DNA of 64,000 nucleotides, from NCBI GenBank assembly GCA_963737655.1, contig CAVTTN010000002.1, positions 5,568,001-5,632,000 on the forward strand, read 5' to 3'. The number at the start of each line of letters is the position of its first letter. The first letter of the stretch is position 1. A model generated the notes under the pieces. That model was not told where the DNA came from. It did not search any database and saw only the letters and a list, made by a program, of their open reading frames with translations. Below are positions 40,206-50,845 of the stretch, piece by piece. The position numbers and the translations under genes were made by a program. The stretch is from an uncultured Planctomycetota bacterium. Its GTDB lineage: Bacteria; Planctomycetota; Planctomycetia; Isosphaerales; Isosphaeraceae.

Positions 40206-40273
40206 CGTAGGGCAGGCCTCGGCCTGCCGTCTTCGGCTCGAGCCGAAGACGGCAGGCCGAGGCCTGCCCTACG
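40206..40273. repeat. Perfect 68-bp palindromic REPIN (family A) 5' of RAYT
   Basis: C-GTAGGGCAGGCCTCGGCCTGCC-GTCTTCGGCTCGAGCCGAAGAC-GGCAGGCCGAGGCCTGCCCTAC-G. Confidence 0.9.
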
Positions 40274-40337
40274 AGGAGGGAAGGGTTGCTGCGGCCCTTC
40301 CGAACGATCTCGTGACGGTGGTAACGGGGAAGGGCAG

Positions 40338-40901
40338 ATGCCGAACTTTCGGCGGAGGGTGCAACCCGGCGGAACGTTCTTCTTCACGGTGGTCACGGCG
40401 GACCGACGGCCGATCTTCCAAACCGACGCCGCCCGCTCGCTCCTGGGGGCCTGCTTGCGAGAGGAGCGAGCCCTCCGCCCGTTCGAGGTCGAGGCGCTCG
40501 TGCTCCTGCCCGACCACGTCCACGCGATGCTGACCCTGCCCCCGGGAGACCCGGACTTCTCGACGCGATGGTCGTCGATCAAGGCAAGATTCACACGTCG
40601 ATGGCTCTCCCGAGGCGGTCGCGAGGTCACTCCGCCGCCGGGTCAGGCCCGGGAGGGACGGCGAGGCGTTTGGCAGGCACGATTTTTTGAACATACGATC
40701 CGCGATGAGGACGATTTCCTCCGTCACGCCGATTACATTCATTTTAACCCGGTCAAGCACGGCCTGGCCAATCACCCCGCCGAATGGCCCTGGTCCTCGT
40801 TCCATCGCCACGTCGCGATGGGTTTCTATCCCCCCGAATGGGCCAAACCTGAACCCCGAGCCGGAGGAGTACTCCAAACGATTCCCTCGGGATACGAGTA
40901 G
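40338..40901 (+). mobile_element. REP-associated tyrosine transposase (RAYT, HUH Y1)
   Basis: GGTFFFTVVT, LPDHVH (HUH), WQARFFEHTIRDEDD, YIHFNPVKHGL, WPWSSF; flanked on both sides by GTAG-REPs. Confidence 0.92.
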
Positions 40902-41098
40902 GACACCCCTCGGCCCGCCGCGTCCTCGTAGGGCAGGCCTCGGCCTGCCGTCCCATTCCGGATCATCCCGCAGGATCATTCCGCGCTCGTTCGGCAGGAC
41001 CGGACCGAAGCCGGCAGGCCAAGGCCTGCCCTACGAACGAATTCGTACCGACATGGAACAATGCCAATCACGTAGGGCAGTCCTCGGCCTGCCCTACG
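40898..41098. repeat. REP cluster (family A) 3' of RAYT
   Basis: Degenerate REP 40898-40919, exact REP 40928-40949, inverted REP 41013-41034, fused double-footed REP 41071-41098. Confidence 0.85.
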
Positions 41099-43134
41099 GA
41101 ACGGACTGAACTGCGGCCAGGCGGAATCCCAGGTCGTTGCCACGGAACGCCGGAGAGATCTTGCTCCGGATCGCCGATCGGCAGTACTTGCCGACGCTGC
41201 TCCAACTGCCGCCTCGGAACACCCGATCCGAGGAGTTGGCGCCGGCGAGCAACGGATCGGTCCCGCCGGGCGTTTTCGCCTCATAGACGTCGCGCGTCCA
41301 CTCCCAGACATTCCCCGCGGTATCCATCAGGCCCCAGGGGTTGGGAGCGTAGCTCCCGGCCTCCAAAGTCTTGTAGAGATTCGGCCCGATGGCCGCGGCG
41401 CCGTAGGGGTGCTCCCCGTCGAAATTCGCCTGGGTGCTGGCGAGTCTGTCTCCGAACGGGGTGGCCGTCATCGTCCCGGCCCGAGCCGCGTATTCCCACT
41501 GCGCCTCGGTCGGCAGCCGGACCTCCCAGCCCTCGGGCAGCAGGCCGGCTTCGCGGAGCTCGCGGGTGAGGGCCGCCGCGCACTCGACGGCGTCGGCGTA
41601 GCTGACCATTTCGACCGGGTGGGTCGGGCCCCGGAATTTGCTGGGGTTCGAGCCCATGAGGTTCAGGTAGAGTTCCTGGGTCATCTCGGTCCGCATGATC
41701 CAGAAGCCCCGGGTGATCTCCACCTCCACCGGCCCCTCGTCCGCGTCCCGCCCCGCTTCCGAGAGCGGCGATCCCATCGTGAACTTGCCGGGCGGGCACC
41801 AGCACAGCGGCACCACGATGCCGCCGAGCTTCACCGTGAGGACCTCGCCGGCCCTGGACCCCGTGAAGAGGATTCGCTGAGGACGCTCTCCCATCTTCGG
41901 TCGGCGACTCGGGGGGCGCCCGTCGGTGGCGAGGTAGGAGACATAGAGGAATGCGCCCAGAATCACGGCGACAACCCCTGCGAGCGTGGAGAGGATCAAG
42001 ACCCGATCGAACGGCGACGACGGGAGCACGACCTTCGGGATGGGGAGGCCCCGGGCGGTCGAGGACTCGGCTGCGATCGTCGCGAGCGGCTCGCCGATCG
42101 CGGCCTCCTTCGGGGGAGGGACCGGCAGAGGAACGGGGCGTCCCCTCCACTCGTCGAGGGACTCCGCGAAGCTCGTCATCGAGGGATATCGGTCGGTTGC
42201 CGCCTTGCTCATCGCCTTGCCGCAAACCGCGACGAGCGCCGGGTCCAGGTCCGGCCGGGCTTCCAGGGCCGATGGGGGCTCCTTCATGAGGACGGACGCG
42301 ATCACCGACAACGGCGGCCCCTCGAACGGCCGGTGGCCGGTCAATAATTCGTAGAGGATCACACCTAACGAGTAAATGTCGGTCGCCGGGCTGATCGCGG
42401 CCCGGTCGCTTCGGACCTGCTCGGGCGACATGTAAAACACCGTGCCGAGCATGGCGTTGCTGGCGGTCAATTCGGCATCTTTCGACCCTTCTCGACGGGC
42501 CAATCCGAAATCCATGATGATCGGCTCGCCCTTGCGATCGATCATGACGTTCGAGGGCTTTAAATCCCGGTGGATGATCCCCTTTTCATGGGCATCGGCC
42601 ATCGCCCGGGCGATTTTCGAGACGAGGCGGGCGGCCTCGCGAGGGTCCATCGGCCGTTCCCGGCGGACGAGCGAGGAGGAGCTCCTTCCCCTCGATGAAG
42701 GCCATCGCCAGGTAGGGACGATCGCCGACCTTTCCGGCCTCGTAGACCGGGCAGAAATGGGGGTGGTGGAAGCTCGCCGCGGCCCTGGCCTCGCGCTTGA
42801 AGCGTTCCAGGATCTCGGATTCGTGAGGCCCCGAGGCCATCGGCACCTTCAGGGCGACGGGGCGGTCGAGGTCGTCGTCGTGGGCGAGGTAGACCGCCCC
42901 CATCCCGCCCTGGCCGAGCTTCTTGAGCACCCGGTACTTGCCGAACGGGTTGGGGATGTCGAGGTCGGCTCGCGAAGGGGAAGGCTCGTCGATGCGAGGC
43001 GAGGAGGCCGAGTCGTCCCCGGCCACGAACGTCCGGCCGCACTTCTTGCAGCGGACGTTCCGGCCGAGGACGGATTCCTCCACCCCATAAGACGCGTCGC
43101 ATGAGGGATTGGCACAGAAGATCTTGACCGGCAT
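41094..43134 (-). CDS. Zinc-ribbon Ser/Thr protein kinase - TM - FGE/SUMF1 domain fusion (frameshift near 42670)
   Basis: CANPSC...CKKC; LGQGGMGAVY, VALK, HRDLKPSN, DFGLA, YMSPE, DIYSLG; TM; FTMGS, RLPTEAQWEYAARAG, GNVWEW, RGGSW, GFRL. Confidence 0.9.
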
Positions 43135-43251
43135 CGTCGCCTCGGGCCTCGGGGGCGTTTCGGCAGGGAACATTGTCGCGGGCGATCCGGCGGGCCCGCA
43201 AGCGAGAATCGGTTGATCGGGCGGATCGGCCGATCCGCCGATCCCGGGCGG

Positions 43252-43496
43252 CCCCGGTTCGAGAACCGGGGTCGCGCGGCGACGAGAGGCCCTGGCGATT
43301 GCGTCCCGCAGGTGTCCCGGGCCTCTTGCAGCTTCGCCGCCCCGGTTCGAGAACCGGGGGCACCCGGAACTGCCAGGCCCAGAATCCCGAGGGGTGCCCC
43401 CGGTTCTTGAACCGGGGCGGCGAAGCCGCAAGAGGCCGTTCCGGGCCGTCTTGCCCTGCATCCTGCGGCTGCGCCGCCCCGGTTCTTGAACCGGGG
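43252..43496. repeat. Cluster of four palindromes CCCCGGTTC-NN-GAACCGGGG (family C)
   Basis: Copies at 43252, 43340, 43398 and 43477; copies 2 and 3 sit in a larger inverted repeat 43320-43437. Confidence 0.85.
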
Positions 43497-43561
43497 CCAC
43501 CCAAAAACTCCAGGTTCCAGAGCGACACCCGGGCATCACCCCGCCTGTCTCGCCGTCGGGC

Positions 43562-43873
43562 CTACTCGGTGCCGAGGACCTGGCCTTCGGGCGAGACCTC
43601 GACTTCCTGGACCTTGCCGGCCTTGGTCTTGCCCTTGAGCTCGATGGCGTCGTGGCCCTCGTACTTGCCCCGGTAGGCGGCGAAGAACGTGAGGTTGGGC
43701 GCGGCCTTTTTGGCGGCGTCCAGGACCACCGAGGGCACCTGATCCATCGGCAGGGCCGTCTTGATCTCGGCCACGTCGTCCGGGTCGCCGTCGCCGCAGC
43801 CCCCGAGAATTGCGAGGAGGCTTGCCGCCACGAGGGCTCGCGTCTTCACTCGAAAAAATCGATCAATATTCAT
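43562..43873 (-). CDS. Small lipoprotein, PepSY/BLIP-like
   Basis: Lipobox [17 protein letters not shown]...[11 protein letters not shown]; overlaps the DUF1559 stop. Confidence 0.7.
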   Translation of the reverse strand: MNIDRFFRVKTRALVAASLLAILGGCGDGDPDDVAEIKTALPMDQVPSVVLDAAKKAAPNLTFFAAYRGKYEGHDAIELKGKTKAGKVQEVEVSPEGQVLGTE

Positions 43874-44791
43874 CGGGGACCGCCTCGCCTCCGCTTCGGG
43901 TGGACAGGGCTTTATAAACGCCGTAATTCATGGACGATTTGAGGAACGCGACGTGGCCGTCGGCGAAGAGGAAATCGGCGCCTCGGCCGGCGTGGAGGCT
44001 GTAGAACTGGTTCGGCTCGGAGCGATTGGCGCCGGGGCCGGCGCCCTCGCCGGTGTGGCCGAGGACCATGCCCGGGGCGGTCTCGACGGTGGCCGTGCCG
44101 ACGGTGTCGCCGTCGCCGTCGTAGAGCAAGGCCCCGGTGACGGCCCCGGGCCACGTGGCCGGGCCGAGGAAGTGCGAGCGCTCGCCGACGGCGATCGTGT
44201 GGGAGAGGCCGTCGGTGATGTCGCGGAAGGCGATCCGGCTGCCCCGGAACAGGACGCCCTCGCCGTCCGGTCCCGGCTCGGTGATCCCGCTCACGCCGAC
44301 GTAGTTCGACGGCGCGACCCGGCAGATCTCCCGGGTCGGCGCGCCGGTCACGTAGTCTCTCGCCACGGCGGGCCACGACGGCTCGTACCGATCCGACGGG
44401 CAGAGGAAGCCGCCGATCAGGGCCAGTCGGGCCGTCGAATTGGCGGGCAGCTCGATGCCGATCGAGAAATTCGCGGCCGAGAACGTGTTGGCCTGTTCCA
44501 TCTGAGGGAGGATCATCGCGGCCCATCCCCAGCCGGGCCCGGTCTCGTTCCCCTGGGCGTCCACCGCCGAGAGATACCCCGAGGGCAGGCTGATGTGAAC
44601 GCCTTCATAGTTGTGGAAGGCCAGGCCGATCTGCTTCAGGTTGTTGACGCACTGGGCCCGGCGGGCGGCCTCTCTCGCGGCCTGGACGGCGGGCAGCAGC
44701 AGGGCGATCAGGACGCCGATGATCGAGATCACCACGAGCAGCTCGATCAGGGTGAAGGCGCGGGGGCGCCCGGGGGTCGGGACGCGCGCAT
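43863..44791 (-). CDS. DUF1559 family prepilin-type protein
   Basis: [48 protein letters not shown]...GE, H.....[11 protein letters not shown] 44791 with GGAG RBS needs one indel to join the frame. Confidence 0.9.
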
Positions 44792-44866
44792 GAGGGGCCT
44801 CTCCGGTTCGGGAAATCGGGGCGGATCGAGGGACGGGACGACGCGATCGGTCTCGTCGCGCTCGAA

Positions 44867-45211
44867 TCAGCACCGGAACCGGAGCAGGACGGCGAATCGC
44901 CGAGGGGGACGGGCGGACCTCGGCACGGTCGGGCCGTCGGTGGACTCCGGCGAGAGGCCGAGGCCGGGGGGATCGGGGGCGAGGAAGAGGACCGGCCCGA
45001 GGAGTTCTCCGGAGGAGTCCGGGGCCTGGGCGACGTCCCCCCGGATCGTGGCGCCGGAGTCGTCGCCCACTCCGCCGTCGATGACCTCGATCTCGGAATC
45101 GCCGGCGACCTCGGCCAGGGCGCGGGCGAGGTCGTCGGCCGCCTCCGCGATGCGGAGAGGCGTCCCGGCCAGGGCGGCGAGCATCGCGAGAAGGAACCAG
45201 GGACGGCCCAC
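44867..45211 (-). CDS. Small hypothetical exported/leader-like protein
   Basis: GGAGGA RBS plus GTG at 45211; hydrophobic N-terminus, acidic middle, C-terminal [15 protein letters not shown]. Confidence 0.5.
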   Translation of the reverse strand: MGRPWFLLAMLAALAGTPLRIAEAADDLARALAEVAGDSEIEVIDGGVGDDSGATIRGDVAQAPDSSGELLGPVLFLAPDPPGLGLSPESTDGPTVPRSARPPRRFAVLLRFRC

Positions 45212-45305
45212 GGCGAATCCTCCCAAGGGGCCCGACTCTACGGGACGGCCGGATCGGAGGTCAAGGCCGGGGGCGAGGGCGCGATCGAGCCGGGACGCGG
45301 GCCGA

Positions 45306-46358
45306 TCAGGGACGCGGAGGGAGGCCTCTCGGGCCGCCGGCCACTCGCTTCGGGAACTCCTCGTTGCGGAACCAGAGCCGGACCACGCCTCGAGAGGCAT
45401 CGAAGCTCTTCACGCGGGCGGGCGAGGCGAGCGAGCCGGCGACCATCGCGCCCACGACCGGGGCGAGGATGGCCCCGACGCCGACGATCGGCCAGAAGAG
45501 GATCTCGTCGAGCTTCGAGGCGAGGAGGACGGGGAGGCCGACGGCCGCCGCCGCCCCGAGCGCGACCAGGGCCCCCAGCCACTTCCGGCCCGTCCAGAGA
45601 CGGGCGCAGGGGCGACAGAGGGGGACGGCCAGGTTGAGGGCCGGGCCGAGCGGGATCCGGTAGGAGGCCCTCGGGTCGCCGGGGGCGAGGCATCGGCAAC
45701 ACGTCGCGGGCAAGTCGCTCCGGCCGACCTGGAACTCCAGCCAGGCCCCCGGACCGTCGCCCGCCCCGACGACGGATGAGGCGCGCCGGACCTCCCCGGT
45801 CGTCCGGTCGCGGACCAGGGCCTCGGGGCTCCCGGGAGGGAGCTTCGGCGGGAGCGGATGGTCCCGGTTGGGCCGGATCCGGGCCCGGAGGACGCGACGC
45901 AGGACGAGGATCGAAGCCGCGACGGCGATCGACCCCGCCGGGCCTCCCGCCAGGACCAGGGGCAGCGCCCCGCGATCCGCCGGGGCCCCGATCCGGAGGA
46001 ACCAGGCCACGATCAGCGAGCCGGCCGTGCCGACGATCCCCAACCACGCCGCGGCCCGGCCCCAGCCCCGGAATCGGCCCAGGCGATGGCCGGCGATCAG
46101 GTCATCATTGATCCAGAGGCATCCCGGGCAGGGGACGAGCTCGGCCTCCTCCGCCAGGCGACGGAGCAGCTCCCGACGGCTCGCCTCCGAGGCCGAGCTC
46201 GCCGCGCCCGCCCCGCCGATGGCGAATGGCGCGCTCGCCGACCCGGCCCCGACCCGGGCCAGCTCGTACAGGTACTCGCACCCGCACCGGTCGCAGGTCA
46301 CCTCGACGAGCCGCGACCCGATCGACGAGGAATAATATTTTCGTTCATAATAAAACAT
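45306..46358 (-). CDS. Hypothetical membrane protein with four CxxC pairs
   Basis: CDRC, CPGC, CCRC, CRPC; four TM segments. Confidence 0.7.
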   Translation of the reverse strand: MFYYERKYYSSSIGSRLVEVTCDRCGCEYLYELARVGAGSASAPFAIGGAGAASSASEASRRELLRRLAEEAELVPCPGCLWINDDLIAGHRLGRFRGWGRAAAWLGIVGTAGSLIVAWFLRIGAPADRGALPLVLAGGPAGSIAVAASILVLRRVLRARIRPNRDHPLPPKLPPGSPEALVRDRTTGEVRRASSVVGAGDGPGAWLEFQVGRSDLPATCCRCLAPGDPRASYRIPLGPALNLAVPLCRPCARLWTGRKWLGALVALGAAAAVGLPVLLASKLDEILFWPIVGVGAILAPVVGAMVAGSLASPARVKSFDASRGVVRLWFRNEEFPKRVAGGPRGLPPRP

Positions 46359-46541
46359 AATCTTACATCTCCGGATCGCGCGGCCCCGCCGCGAGTCCCG
46401 GCCCGATGGTATCGAGGATCGGCGGCCGCCGCCACGGGCGGGGCCGGCCCGGCGGGGCGGAGCTTCCCTCGCCCCCTAGAATTCGCGGGGATCGGACGCC
46501 CGGGAGGAGAGGTGGCCGGTCCGCCCTTCAGGAGGTCCCTC

Positions 46542-48203
46542 ATGGATCGCAAGGCATCGGACGAATCCCCCGTCCTGATCGTGGGCGCGGGCCCGACGGG
46601 CCTGGCCCTGGCGTGCGAGCTGGCCCGTCGGGGCGTGGCGTGCCGGGTGGTGGATCAGAACGACGGCCCCACGCCGATGAACGAGTCGCGGGCGATGGGC
46701 ATCCAGGGCCGGACCATGGAATGTTTCCATCGGATGGGGATCGCCGACGAGGTGCTCGCCCAAGCGAGGCGGGTGCATGGCCTCTCGGGCTTCTCCGACG
46801 GCACGAGGATCGTCCACCTGACGTTCGACTTCGAGGGCCTCGAAACGAGATATCCCTTCTTGTTGGTCCTCCCGCAGTCGGCCACCGAGAGGCTCCTCCT
46901 GGCGAGGTTCGAGGCGCTGGGCGGGTCGGTCGAGCGGGGCGAGGAGGTGGTCTCGATCGCGCCGGACGCCCGGGGCGTGACGGCCAGGTTCGCCGAGGGC
47001 AGGGAGGCCCGCGCCTCGTGGCTCGTCGGCTGCGACGGCTCGCGGAGCGTCGTCCGCAAGTCGTTGGGGCTGGGGTTCGAGGGGGGGGAATATGAAGAGA
47101 GGTTCCTGATCGCCGACGTGAAGCTGGACTGGGGGTTCCCGGTCCCCGACGACGAGATGGTGTTCCTGCTCTCGCCGGACGGGCCGATCGTCGGCTTCCC
47201 GTTCCCCGAGGCCGGCAAATGGCGGCTGGTGGACACCTCGGGCAAGGTCGAGGCCGACGGCGACGACGCGATCGTCGCGAGGTTCCGCGACGTCGTGACC
47301 CGGTACGGATCGGCCTCGGCGACCGTGAAGGATCCCTCCTGGACGTCCTCGTTCCACATCCACCGGAGGGTCGTCGATCGGTATCGGTCGGGCCGGGCGT
47401 TCGTGGCGGGGGACGCGGCCCACCTGCACAGCCCGGCGGGCGGCCAGGGGATGAATACGGGCATCCAGGACGGCGTGAACCTCGCGTGGAAGCTCGCGAT
47501 GGTGATCCGCGGGCAGGCGCCGGAATCCCTCCTGGATTCGTACCAGGCCGAGAGGAGGCCGGTGGCGAGGGAGGTGCTCCACGGGACGGACCTCGCCACC
47601 CGGGCCGTCACGCTGAGGAACCCGGTGGCCAAGGAGGTCCGCAACACGCTGATGGGCGTCCTGGCCGAGTTCGACTTCGTTCGAAGAAGGGCCGCGAGGA
47701 CGCTCTCCGAGCTGGCGATCGGCTACCCGGACAGCCCGATCGTGGGCGAGGACCACGCCGGCTACCTCCGCGCCCTGACCAGCCTCGGCAAAGGCCCCGG
47801 CCTGACGGACCTCCTGGAATTCCGCCACGGCCCCCGGCCCGGAGACCGCGTCCCCGACGTGCTCTTGAGCGACGATCCGGACGACACGTCCCCAAGGCTC
47901 TCCGACACCTTCCACCCGACCGGCTCCACGCTCCTCCTGCTCAAAGGGACCGACCACCCCGCCTCCGACGCCGCCCTCTCGGCCGTGGGAGAGGTCGCCA
48001 ACGAGCAAGGGGCCGACCTCATGAAGACGGTCCGCATCCCCGGAGACCTCGCCGACGCCTCGAACGCAATCCGCCACCGCTTCGGGGCCAAATCGGCCTG
48101 CGTCTACCTCGTCCGGCCCGACGGCTACATCGGCTACCGAGCCCTGCCGCCGGACGCGGAGGAGTTTCGGGCCCATCTCGATCGGGTGTTCGGGCCGGGA
48201 TGA
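46542..48203 (+). CDS. FAD-dependent monooxygenase (PheA/TfdB-like)
   Basis: AGGAGG RBS; GAGPTG, GCDGSRS.VR, GDAAHLHSPAGGQGMNTGIQD, C-terminal LVRPDGYI. Confidence 0.92.
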   Translation: MDRKASDESPVLIVGAGPTGLALACELARRGVACRVVDQNDGPTPMNESRAMGIQGRTMECFHRMGIADEVLAQARRVHGLSGFSDGTRIVHLTFDFEGLETRYPFLLVLPQSATERLLLARFEALGGSVERGEEVVSIAPDARGVTARFAEGREARASWLVGCDGSRSVVRKSLGLGFEGGEYEERFLIADVKLDWGFPVPDDEMVFLLSPDGPIVGFPFPEAGKWRLVDTSGKVEADGDDAIVARFRDVVTRYGSASATVKDPSWTSSFHIHRRVVDRYRSGRAFVAGDAAHLHSPAGGQGMNTGIQDGVNLAWKLAMVIRGQAPESLLDSYQAERRPVAREVLHGTDLATRAVTLRNPVAKEVRNTLMGVLAEFDFVRRRAARTLSELAIGYPDSPIVGEDHAGYLRALTSLGKGPGLTDLLEFRHGPRPGDRVPDVLLSDDPDDTSPRLSDTFHPTGSTLLLLKGTDHPASDAALSAVGEVANEQGADLMKTVRIPGDLADASNAIRHRFGAKSACVYLVRPDGYIGYRALPPDAEEFRAHLDRVFGPG

Positions 48204-48211
48204 GCGTCGGC

Positions 48212-49290
48212 TCACCAGCGGTCGCCGTCGAGCACCTCGCCGCCGTCTCGGGTGGCGAGGCCCTGCCAGACCCCGGCCCGGGGGAGCCTCTCCCACCAGC
48301 CTCCGGGATTGCGGACGGCCCCGAGGGGGGTGCCGGTCAGCGGGTCGAACGGCCAGGAGTCGATGGTGTCCGTCACGAACCGGACCGAGCCGTCGCCGAA
48401 CAGGGCTTGACCCCTCCGGGGTGGTTGCTGGAGGCGGCGGAGTAGTGGTTGTTGCCCCCGCCGAAGCCCACCTTGTCGATCATGTTCGGCGGATACATGG
48501 CGGTCATGAGGGTGTCGCCCCAGTTGCCGGTGATCCACCAGCCCCTGCGGAGCGACATCGACGGGTCGAGGGCGTCCAGGGCGCGGAGGGCCGAGAGGCT
48601 CTTCTCGGTGACGAACAGGGTGGTTCCCAGGCCGTCGCGGATCGCCGCCAGGGGGATCGGGGCGAGGTCGTGGAACGCGCCGTCGGCCTGCGCGGCGAGG
48701 GCCGGCGGGACGGCGCAGCCGTTGGACGCCCGGGGGATGGCGTTGACCTGGAAGGCCCCATAGCAGGCCGAATAGCTGGTGAAGCCCATCGGGAACCGCT
48801 CGTCGGGACCGGCCAGGCCCAGGGGGGCGAGGTCCGCCCCGGTGGCGTCGCGGACTCGGCCGGCGTCCGGGTCGCTCGGGCAGGCGAAGGCGCCGACGGA
48901 GGCGGGGAACGCCGTCCGGTTCTCGTAGCCGAATATGGTCAAGTCCTGATTGATGGCGTTATACAGGGCCGTCTGTTCCATCATCGGCAGGATCATGACC
49001 AGGACGCCCTTATCCACCACGGGGGACGTGCAAGGCGGGTTCGGCCCGGCGAACCGGCGGTCATAGGTGAGCATCCGCCCCGGGGGCAGGCAGCCCTGGG
49101 CGCCCTCGTAATGGTGCAAGGCCAGGCCGATCTGCTTCAGGTTGTTCCCGCACTGGAGCCGCCGGGCGGCCTCGCGGGCGGACTGGACGGCGGGGAGGAT
49201 CAGGCCGATCAATACGCCGATCAAGGATATAACAACTAGGGTTTCGACCAACGTCATCCCAGCCCTGCATCCGCGCGGCATCGAGAGCAT
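48212..49290 (-). CDS. DUF1559 family prepilin-type protein (frameshift near 48410)
   Basis: [46 protein letters not shown]...EK, SNHPGGV / [19 protein letters not shown]. Confidence 0.88.
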
Positions 49291-49293
49291 GGC

Positions 49294-49726
49294 TCAGGGC
49301 CTCCGCGTTCGGATCGTGACGAGCAGTTCGGGATGATCCGGGTCGTCCGTAGTCACCCGAAGGGGGAAGTCCGCCCCCGGCGACCTCGCGGTGAACCGGA
49401 TGGCGATCGATCGCGTGGCACTCGGGGGAACCGCGACCGGCAGGCCGAGCGTCCTGGAACATCCCTTCTCCTCGTCGCACCGATCGTCTGCGGCGATTAT
49501 GGTGACGTATTTTGATGTGGTCTTGTGAACGAGGACATCCAGGCCGGATTCCTCGCCAGGAGAGGCGGCGAGGACCGGGCTCGGGTCGTCCGCCCAGACC
49601 CGCCCTGAGCTGGCGGACCACGCGCCGACGAAAGCTACGCGCGGCGAGGACCAATCCGCCGACGCTGGCGGCCTTGAGGAATCGGACCGTGCCCACGGCC
49701 CCCCAGACGCACGTCAGTGGATTCAT
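49294..49726 (-). CDS. Membrane-anchored Ig-like (DUF1573-like) protein absent from the ORF track (frameshift near 49640)
   Basis: ATG overlaps the upstream stop (ATGA). After the shift it reads VAFVGAWSASSGRVWADDPSPVL...DRCDEEKGCSRTLGLPVAVPPSATRSIAIRF...TTDDPDHPELLVTIRTRRP-stop. Confidence 0.6.
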
Positions 49727-50709
49727 CCATCCCCCAGCGAATGGTCGGAAGGCCGTCGCGCCCGCCTCGCCTTCAAAGCCAGGATCGACGACCCGACCAA
49801 ACAGAGCACGCCCACGCTCACGAGGACGTATTGGATGGAGCCCCGAGACCGAGCCGGAGTCGCCGGCTCGGGGAGGCCATAATACGGCAATCGGAATTCC
49901 TCCGGCGAAACCCGTCCGCGACCGACCTGGATCTCGCAACGGATCTGCTTGTGGAACAAGCCCGCCGAGGGCTCTGTAAACTTTACATCCGTGACATAAC
50001 GCCTTGGGATCGGGAAGCCATCGAGATCTTCGCCGTACTCGACGCGGCCCGAGGCGGTGGCAGGCCGGTGGAGAAGCAACTGGACGTCGTACGAGACGAC
50101 GCACCAGCGACGCCCGGGGTCAAGCACGAGCCGACCTCCCCGGATCAAATAATTGCTCCGGGGCGATTCCTTCGCCGTGAAATCGAGTCGCACGAGCTGG
50201 CGATCCCCATCCCGGAAGGACTCGATCCCTTCCACCCGGAAGCCGGGCCGCGCCGCGGCTAAGCCCAGATCCTGCGCTTCCACGGAGATCGGGCTGAAGA
50301 ATGGATAGGCCATCTCCTCCACTTTGCCACGCATCCGCGCAATGTCCCTGGTGATCGCGGCGACGGCCCAAGATCGCCCCTGCCCTGACGTCGTGATGCG
50401 GAACGCATACTCGGCATTTCCGGCCCGCAAGGTCGCGCCCGCGCCTGGCCCTCGGCTTGAACGATCTGATGCAAGAAACGATCACCATCCCCTTTGAATT
50501 CCTGCGCGCGACCGGGACGATAAGCAGCCGCTATAGCCCGCGATCGGGACGACCTCCACGACGCATGATCCCTCCAGGCCGAACAGGAATTCGCGGGATT
50601 CGCGCCAGCCAACCGGGGCCTCAGAGCGAAAGCGCTCCAAGAGCGGCTCATCGACGGCCGCTGAGGCCCGCTCGGAGACTGCGAGGAGGAGGACCACGAA
50701 CATCCGCAT
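49723..50709 (-). CDS. Uncharacterised exported protein with C-terminal TM anchor (frameshifts near 50530 and 50440)
   Basis: Signal MRMFVVLLLAVSERASA; FRSEAPVGW; NAEYAF; LDPGRRWCV; EEFRLPYYGLPEP followed by TM and a basic tail. Confidence 0.65.
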
Positions 50710-50845
50710 TGCAAGACTTTTTGCGCGTATATACATATGAACAATAAGCACCTCGACTCCTCGATTGAAGGCCCGACACGGTGGCACGACCGGAAGATCG
50801 AAAGACGCGGCCCAGGCCCCTCGTTGGCCTGGGACCGCCCGCGAA

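Noticed and set aside
40188..40337. N-terminal extension of RAYT in the ORF track
   Set aside because: Translates the REP palindrome; the family-typical start MPNFRR is at 40338.
43252..43496. Possible CRISPR array
   Set aside because: Irregular spacing, flanks form inverted rather than direct repeats, and there are no cas genes; better explained as a REP-like cluster.
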